The notes under the pieces: model-generated
Database searches by the model: none
Told to the model about the DNA's origin: nothing
The model's input: the letters and a program-made list of their open reading frames with translations, nothing else
From: an uncultured Gemmatimonadota bacterium
Lineage (GTDB): Bacteria; SM23-81; DAOVCL01
Direction of reading: 5' to 3'
DNA length: 54,455 nt
Assembly: GCA_964626665.1 (NCBI GenBank)
Contig: CAZVGK010000025.1
Coordinates: forward strand, 1 to 54,455
Part shown: piece by piece, positions 48,444 through 54,455 of the stretch
Layout: each line of letters starts with the position of its first letter
Numbering within the stretch: the stretch's first letter is position 1
Program-made: the position numbers and the translations under genes

Positions 48444-49465
48444 TAAAGAATTAGCATGGCGTCGCCATAAGAATAGAACCTATACCCCTCCCTGATAGCC
48501 TCAGCATAGGCCGTGAGCACCCTCTCCCTGCCAGCAAAGGCGGAAACAAGCATCAGAAGGGAAGTGCGAGGGAGGTGAAAGTTGGTGATCAGCCCATCTA
48601 CTACCTTAAAGTTGAAGGGCGGATAGATAAATAGAGATGTCCATCCCTCTCTGGGATTCTCCTCTTGGCCCCAGCTCTCTAAGGCCCTTACCGTAGTGGT
48701 CCCCACGGCATAGATTTTTCCCCTATTGGATTTTACCTTCCTGATAGCTGAGCAAACCTCTGAGGGAATGTGGTAATATTCCGCCTCCATTCTGTGTTCG
48801 GAGATCTCTTCTGACTTTATCGGTCTGAAAGTTCCCCAACCAACATGGAGAATAAGTGAGGCAGTTTTCACTCCTTTGGCTCCGATCCTTTCCAGAAGCT
48901 CCTCGGTGAAATGGAGGCCAGCGGTGGGGGCAGCAACCGCCCCCTCGGTTTGAGCATATACGGTCTGATACCTCAGCCTGTCCACTGGTTCAGGTTTCCT
49001 CTTTATATAAGGGGGGAGCGGAACCTCTCCTAACTCCTGAAGTATTTGCCAAAAATCTCCCTCAGCGGTGAATCTAACACCCCTATACCCATCCTGACCT
49101 CCATCGGTTATCTGGGCCCTGAGCCTTCCCCCTCCAATTGAGATCTTGGTCCCTGGCCTGACCCTCTTTCCTGGCCTGACCAGAACCCTCCATTCATCTC
49201 CCCTCACCTGGTTTAAGAGGAAGATCTCCACCTTACCCCCTGTCCCCACCTTAACTCCTTTAAGTCGGGCCGGGATGACCTTTGTCTGGTTCAAGACGAG
49301 CAAATCTCCTGCGCTAAGATAAGAAGGTAGCTGGGAGAATATGCGGTGCTCTACCCCTTCCTCCCTCCTGTTGAGGACTAACAGCCTTGACCTATCCCTC
49401 TGCCGGGAGGGGTGCTGGGCTATCAATTGAGGTGGTAGATCATAGTCGAAGTTGGAGAGCTTCAT
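48443..49465 (-). CDS. queA: S-adenosylmethionine:tRNA ribosyltransferase-isomerase
   Basis: PLPPYI, YQTVYA..GAVAAPTAGLHF, TNFHLP and YRFYSYGDAM motifs. Confidence 0.97.
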   Translation of the reverse strand: MKLSNFDYDLPPQLIAQHPSRQRDRSRLLVLNRREEGVEHRIFSQLPSYLSAGDLLVLNQTKVIPARLKGVKVGTGGKVEIFLLNQVRGDEWRVLVRPGKRVRPGTKISIGGGRLRAQITDGGQDGYRGVRFTAEGDFWQILQELGEVPLPPYIKRKPEPVDRLRYQTVYAQTEGAVAAPTAGLHFTEELLERIGAKGVKTASLILHVGWGTFRPIKSEEISEHRMEAEYYHIPSEVCSAIRKVKSNRGKIYAVGTTTVRALESWGQEENPREGWTSLFIYPPFNFKVVDGLITNFHLPRTSLLMLVSAFAGRERVLTAYAEAIREGYRFYSYGDAMLIL

Positions 49466-49689
49466 CTTCTCCTCAGAAATAGATTGACGATAATAATCAG
49501 AATGATGCTCACTACCAAGGAGGAGGCTAAGGGAATATAGATGTTTACCCCTCTTCTCTGGATGTTTATATCTCCCGGGAGTCGGGCTAAAAAGGGGAGA
49601 TGGCCGAATAGGATGAAAAATCCCCCTAAGAGAACGAGGAAGAGCCCCAAAGTGATGAGGGCCTTCCCTATGGAGGATAACTCAATCAT
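49462..49689 (-). CDS. DUF2905 small membrane protein
   Basis: GK.LI..G...RLPGDI.I......YIPLASS pattern; ATGA-coupled on both sides. Confidence 0.85.
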   Translation of the reverse strand: MIELSSIGKALITLGLFLVLLGGFFILFGHLPFLARLPGDINIQRRGVNIYIPLASSLVVSIILIIIVNLFLRRR

Positions 49690-50198
49690 CGCCTTGCCCC
49701 CTTTAGCTTCTCTACCAAGGGGGGGATGAATATTATCTGGATGATCATCCCGGGCCAACCCGCCACCAGGGCAGCCAGGGCTATTGGGAGGGGCCTGATC
49801 CTTATCCCTAAGAGAGGGGAGGAGACCAAACAAGCCATCAAAACCCAGATTATCCTTCCCCCTAACATCGCCCCGATTAGGGAGACCCAAAGGTTCAGCT
49901 TTAGTTGGCAATAGAGGAACCCGGTAAGGAGGCCATAGCTAAGGAGTTCGGGGATCATCAAGGCTGTCAGGGGCAGGGGGGGCATGCCGGTGAGCAGAAA
50001 GCTGAGAGATGGACTTAGTGCTCCCACCAACGCTCCGCTTGCCGGCCCCACCAAGAGCCCGGCAATGAGCACGGGGATATGCATAGGGAGAAATATCCGT
50101 CCCGCCATGCCAAATTGATGGAAGGAGAGGGGGAAGAGCACTCCCAGAGCCAAGAGCAGAGCTGAGTGGGTGAGAAATTTGGCTTCAAGATGCCTCAT
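49686..50198 (-). CDS. ECF transporter S component
   Basis: FLPMHIPVL.AG, SP.LSFLLTGMPP and PG.IIQ motifs. Confidence 0.85.
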   Translation of the reverse strand: MRHLEAKFLTHSALLLALGVLFPLSFHQFGMAGRIFLPMHIPVLIAGLLVGPASGALVGALSPSLSFLLTGMPPLPLTALMIPELLSYGLLTGFLYCQLKLNLWVSLIGAMLGGRIIWVLMACLVSSPLLGIRIRPLPIALAALVAGWPGMIIQIIFIPPLVEKLKGARR

Positions 50199-50595
50199 AG
50201 TCGAATAACTCCTCAGGTGTCATCTTCCAGATCCTTAGGGCTAATTCTTCTTCGTTTTCAGAGGTGCAGTTAGTCTTTATCTCCCTGGCGATCTTCTCTC
50301 TCAAGCCAAGTAGAATTCTTCTTTCGTTCATTCTACCCTCCACCTTTGCCTTGCCTTGTTCCCGGATGGAGATTCTCCCATTGCCCACCGTACAGGAGGT
50401 GGAAAGTTGCAATCCGTCTATCGAACAGGAGACGGGCGGGGTGCTCCCTGTGTAGGAGATCATCTTCAGAGTGGATGAGGCATCATTCAATTCCTTGGTG
50501 AGGAACTTGCCCATCTTCAGTCCAACCGTCAGATATGGGCCTAGATGAGAGTGGAACTCCTTAGCCAATTGCAGCTCTGAGGGAAGTTCTGCCAT
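50185..50595 (-). CDS. FmdE (formylmethanofuran dehydrogenase subunit E-like) family protein
   Basis: FHSHLGPY..VG.KMG and SCSIDGLQ..T.CTVGNG motifs. Confidence 0.85.
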   Translation of the reverse strand: MAELPSELQLAKEFHSHLGPYLTVGLKMGKFLTKELNDASSTLKMISYTGSTPPVSCSIDGLQLSTSCTVGNGRISIREQGKAKVEGRMNERRILLGLREKIAREIKTNCTSENEEELALRIWKMTPEELFDYEAS

Positions 50596-51419
50596 AGCTT
50601 CCTCCTTTTAGGGTCTTTCTATAGGGAGTGGCTCAATTTTGATGAAATATAATAATTTTGGTAGAGAAAAGCCAATGTTTTTATCCCTCAGATTGGAATT
50701 TCTGGAGTGACCTTTGGAAACCTCTAAGATACCCCCAAAGGTCGAGGCGTAGTTTGTAGGGGATAGACCCCCTTGGACAGCGGAACAAATGCGAGCGAGC
50801 GCTTGTCTGCGTGCTCCGCACAGGCAGATAGGATTGTGGGGCACCAATCTTTGCAGGGGCCGGATTTATCCGACCCGTTTTCAGAGCGACCGAAGGAAGC
50901 TAAGTTCAAATGTAGGTTGCAATAATAGATGGGGTAGAGGGGATGAATAAAAATCCTGTTATCCTGTCAAAAAATTCCTGCAGCAGACAGCTAAGTGGTC
51001 TGTTTCATAAGTTCTGTTACGTATCACTGTAGACAGTTAACCTACATAACTTTTAGATGAGTTAGGGTTAAGCAAATCCTAAATTCTAAATCCAAATGAC
51101 CGAAACAGGACTTGTTTTGAACATTTGAATTTTGGCCATTCCTGCCTGTGCGGATCACGCAGACAGGTGGTATCGTTTTGTATTTAGAGTTTCGTGCTTC
51201 GGGTTTTAACTCATGTCTACCATTTACATCGTTAACTTTGCCAACTTCTCAAAATGCGTCACCGCAATTATGAAATAAAACACTAAGTACAAGGCAGGTC
51301 GGTTTTTGTTTGGGTTCCGACCCAAAGGTCAGGGGACGTTACCTATTTTGTTGAGCAATCGGGAGGCGTTCAGTAAATTGTGGTGGGTGAAAAAATGGGA
51401 AGTGTTCCTATTTTTCCTA

Positions 51420-52464
51420 TATGAATATAAATTTAGCTCATTCTCACCACCATAGCTAATGTAAATGGCCCAATGGCCAAACAAGCATGGACAAGATGCT
51501 CAAAAAGATCTGCCTCGTGATACCGACGGTTTAAGCGATAACAGAACTCTCCCACATACCTACTCAGGTGCTTGCGGCTCACCCAGTGATGTGTTCCCAA
51601 TAGGAAACGCTTCAGATTCGCTATCACCACATGAACCCAGGGGAAGAGATCACAGGCCTCCTTACCCCCACCAGTGATACTCATCTCATGCTGGTAACCC
51701 TCTTTGGCCAATACCCCATAGGAAGGAAACCCATCTGTTTTTACCCGTGCCCTCTGAGAGATTTTTGCCTGAGCAAACTCCTTCACCGCCTGAGCTGAAA
51801 CCTGCGATACTACTTTTATCGCCACATATCCAGGCTTCACTTTCTGCTTTCCCTTTCCCTTGCCATCTTTACTCTTCCTCTCTTCTACTCCCACTAATAT
51901 CGGAGTCTTCTCCTCAACACCACGCCCCATCCGTCCCTCCTCTTCACCTCCCACAAATGCATCATCAAGCTCAATAACACCTCCTAACAGATATTGAGCA
52001 TCCCTTTTCTGCATCGCTTGCCGCAACTTCTGCATCATCAACCAGGCCGTGGGATAGGAGACAGCAATCTCCTTCATCAACTGTACCGCTGAGAGCCCTT
52101 TCTTGCCCTGAGCCATACGGTAGATAGCCCAAAACCACTTCCACAAAGGAAGATGAGTCTTATGAAATATAGTGCCCGCTGTCACAGAAACCTGATATCC
52201 GCATCCCCGACACCACCAGAGATCACGACACTTTTGATGATATGCCTCCTTACAGCCACAGCGGGGACAGACAAACCCCTCAGGCCAACGCTGCCTAAAG
52301 AGGTATCCTCGGCAATCCTGCTCAGAACTGAATTGCTTACGAAAATCATCTATACTCATCCCCTCAAAACGCTTCAGAGAAGCCATGGCATACCTCCTAA
52401 CTCTAAAGGTTGTCCCAATATAAGACAGATTGCTTGAAAGTCAAGAGAAATCTTTATATTCATA
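51420..52464 (-). mobile_element. IS1595-family insertion sequence (1045 bp)
   Basis: 12-bp TIR TATGAATATAAA / TTTATATTCATA; 8-bp TSD TTTTCCTA at 51412-51419 and 52465-52472. Confidence 0.9.
51433..52386 (-). CDS. IS1595-family (ISXO2-like) DDE transposase
   Basis: RWPEGFVCPRCG..CRGC zinc ribbon, TAGTIFH, IELDDAFVGG, TDGFPSY and YVGEFCYRLNRR motifs. Confidence 0.95.
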   Translation of the reverse strand: MASLKRFEGMSIDDFRKQFSSEQDCRGYLFRQRWPEGFVCPRCGCKEAYHQKCRDLWWCRGCGYQVSVTAGTIFHKTHLPLWKWFWAIYRMAQGKKGLSAVQLMKEIAVSYPTAWLMMQKLRQAMQKRDAQYLLGGVIELDDAFVGGEEEGRMGRGVEEKTPILVGVEERKSKDGKGKGKQKVKPGYVAIKVVSQVSAQAVKEFAQAKISQRARVKTDGFPSYGVLAKEGYQHEMSITGGGKEACDLFPWVHVVIANLKRFLLGTHHWVSRKHLSRYVGEFCYRLNRRYHEADLFEHLVHACLAIGPFTLAMVVRMS

Positions 52465-52665
52465 TTTTCCTATTTTCCCTCCAATCGCGCCCACCAACGT
52501 TCCTACTATCACCACCTCCAACATACCCCTTAGACTTAGATTCAGGGCATTGCCAGTGACGAGCGTAAGACCGGAGGTGGCTCCGCGTCCAGCGATCCCC
52601 AAAACCAGTGCACCCGTAACAGCACCTGCGATCAAAGCCAACGGGGCCTCACGGTAATAGCTCAT
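52465..52665 (-). pseudogene. 3'-truncated membrane protein gene
   Basis: Two hydrophobic helices, after which the reading runs into the IS1595 end. Confidence 0.5.
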
Positions 52666-52680
52666 CTTCTACCCTTCGTC

Positions 52681-52755
52681 CGTTAAATGTCGCACGGATC
52701 AGCTGCAGTCTCTTGTTTCCAGTACATCCCCTGCCGCGCTCGGGCATTGTTAGAT
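52681..52755 (-). other. Degenerate attC-like site
   Basis: On the minus strand ATCTAAC-AATGCC..GCAGCTGATCC.. lies between two small genes; the right core is decayed. Confidence 0.35.
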
Positions 52756-52777
52756 AGGCAGCAGGTAGCCACTCTGG

Positions 52778-52972
52778 TCATATTCCTTGCCTCTTGTGCT
52801 TACCCAAGTATGCCAGACCGAGAACTACAAGGCCCACGGCACTCGATACTGCAAACCAGAGGGTTGCGGTTCTACCCCAGTGGAATACAAATTCATTCGC
52901 AAGCAGCCCGACTGTACCCACGGCTATGAGTACGAAGGCACTCGCTCGAATCGCTTCTGGAAACTCCGTCAT
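52778..52972 (-). CDS. Small two-TM membrane protein
   Basis: 64 aa, two hydrophobic segments, GGAG RBS. Confidence 0.55.
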   Translation of the reverse strand: MTEFPEAIRASAFVLIAVGTVGLLANEFVFHWGRTATLWFAVSSAVGLVVLGLAYLGKHKRQGI

Positions 52973-54036
52973 GGTTGTCTCTCCCTCGGAAAATAGGGGA
53001 CAGTGGTGCAGAAATTGCCAAGCATTTTCGGTGCCTTCCTCTATGTCCCTAAATTTTTCAGCCTGACCCCATTGACCAAATAAATGGACAAACTAAAGCA
53101 CTTTCTGCCCCACCGTCCCCTCCTCAAATATCCCGATAGAATCGGGATTGGAAGTTAGTGAACAAAGTGAACTAACTTGGGAGGGTATGTAGGGGTCGCA
53201 TTTATGCGACCTGAATCTTACGGGGCTCCGCTTTGGAATTCATGAATGGATCAGGTTATTAAGGCTGCCATTGGAGGGCAAAAAAGGTGGCAGAACTGGT
53301 GTTCTGCCACCTTTTTTTACGAACGTCCTCTCTTATGCTCTAAGAATCAGTCAAACGTTTAGTGGCCCGGGAACAAAGATTAGTAAACTTAGCCCGATCA
53401 CTGACACACGAATCCACAAATATGAGTATAAAGTTCCCTCTCAATCATAATAGGGTTTCTCCAAATACTATATGAGTTTTGGGTACCCTGTGTGATTTAG
53501 ACTTCTAATGTCTCGGGCGAGGGTAAAAGGGGTCACACCTTTATTCTTGATTTTTTGCAGGGAAAGGCTGCTTGATGCTTATTATAGTTTAAGATATCGG
53601 AAAGTCAAACGACCCTCTTCCTACCCCCCCTTCCTACCTTAGTATATTTCTTGCCGACACCCAGCTCAGGCTGGAGGACAAGATAAACAAGCTCTTCAAA
53701 TGGGAGCTGGAAAAGAGGGGTGAGGGCCAGTAAAGATAAAGAAGCTCAGGGAGGGCATCTTCTCCCTGGGGAAGGAAGTTATGATCATCAACAGCAAGCC
53801 GGATCTAATAGCCAGCCTGGCCTTTTGCCTCAGATATCTCTTCGGGTTTATGGAGAGGTAAAAGCGACAAGAGTAGTTTCACCTTCGCAGGATAAGCAGA
53901 CCAAACGGGGCAAGTAGGGAAATCCTAAATCCTAATGACGAAATCCGAAACAACCGCCAATGGCCAAGTTTTCTAAGGGTTTTTAAATAGCCCGAGTTGG
54001 CATAGGATGACTAACCAACAGTTGTGAAAAAACGGG

Positions 54037-54064
54037 TTGACAATGGGGATAAGATGGCTATAAT
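54037..54064 (+). promoter_or_regulatory. sigma70 promoter
   Basis: Perfect TTGACA-16 nt-TATAAT upstream of the 54162 ORF. Confidence 0.6.
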
Positions 54065-54161
54065 ATGGATCAGTAGCACTTTGCTCTTCTGAGGGAACCA
54101 GATCATAAAGAAGATGAAACCTCACTCAATACTGAGGTTTTGAGTGAATGGAGAATTGGTT

Positions 54162-54455
54162 TTGGGATATCATATCTTTCTTGCTGCAGAAAACAACTTC
54201 AACATTTGTATTAAGAGGGGAGTTTATGGCGGCATCCAATCAAGCGGTTCAAGGAAATCAGAGCAAATGAATTCAGAAGTTATAGCGGGCTTTGCAGGTA
54301 TCAGAGTCGGGGATCTCATATTCTTTTATGTGAAGAATAAAGGTATCTATGGATTGTGGAAAATAATCAGTGAACCATTTTACGATACAATCCCTATTTG
54401 CAGACCTCGTCAAATTAGCTCAAAATTGTGCCACTTTTTTGGACACTTTGCTGAT
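54162..54455 (+). CDS. EVE/PUA-like domain protein (partial, runs off the window)
   Basis: GGAG plus TTG start; MGYHIFL..NNF.ICIKRGVYG..IRVGDLIFFYV..GIYGLWKIISEPFYD; open to the window end and absent from the ORF track. Confidence 0.6.
   Translation, partial: MGYHIFLAAENNFNICIKRGVYGGIQSSGSRKSEQMNSEVIAGFAGIRVGDLIFFYVKNKGIYGLWKIISEPFYDTIPICRPRQISSKLCHFFGHFAD

Noticed and set aside
49690-49911. Long form of ORF 49462..49911
   Set aside because: Overlaps the ECF gene out of frame; the real DUF2905 start is 49689
2258-50455. Numerous short antisense or overlapping ORFs in the track (e.g. 3292..3753, 11690..12268, 40630..41049)
   Set aside because: Shadow ORFs of well-supported genes, lacking motifs or an RBS
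1-54455. CRISPR array, rRNA or tRNA genes
   Set aside because: No regularly spaced identical repeats with unique spacers, and no rRNA or tRNA signatures seen

Overview
Bacterial genomic window, probably from an uncultured anaerobic lineage; taxonomy cannot be fixed from sequence alone. Housekeeping and envelope genes include yggS, tyrS, ddl, ispF, ispD, queA, an M42 peptidase, an XPB-like helicase with a DUF790/Bax1-like nuclease, a 1558-aa secreted C25 peptidase and a small polysaccharide cluster. Two systems stand out. (1) An uncharacterised four-gene membrane module (FN3/DUF6754-like protein, polytopic protein, membrane-anchored protein, polytopic protein) occurs as three complete diverged tandem copies plus a remnant, downstream of a co-oriented barrel-sandwich/KOW protein. 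(2) An integron-like system consists of a decayed tyrosine recombinase with no visible IntI-specific insertion, a double-palindrome attI-like site on its 3' side, and gene cassettes with attC-like sites carrying mostly PIN toxin-antitoxin pairs and DUF3795 genes; a second, integrase-free cassette array lies between module copies 1 and 2. The window also holds an intact IS1595-family element, a 296-bp MITE with TIRs and an 8-bp TSD, several pseudogenes and many nested short palindromic repeats. No rRNA, tRNA or CRISPR array was seen. Family names come from motif recognition, not database searches.
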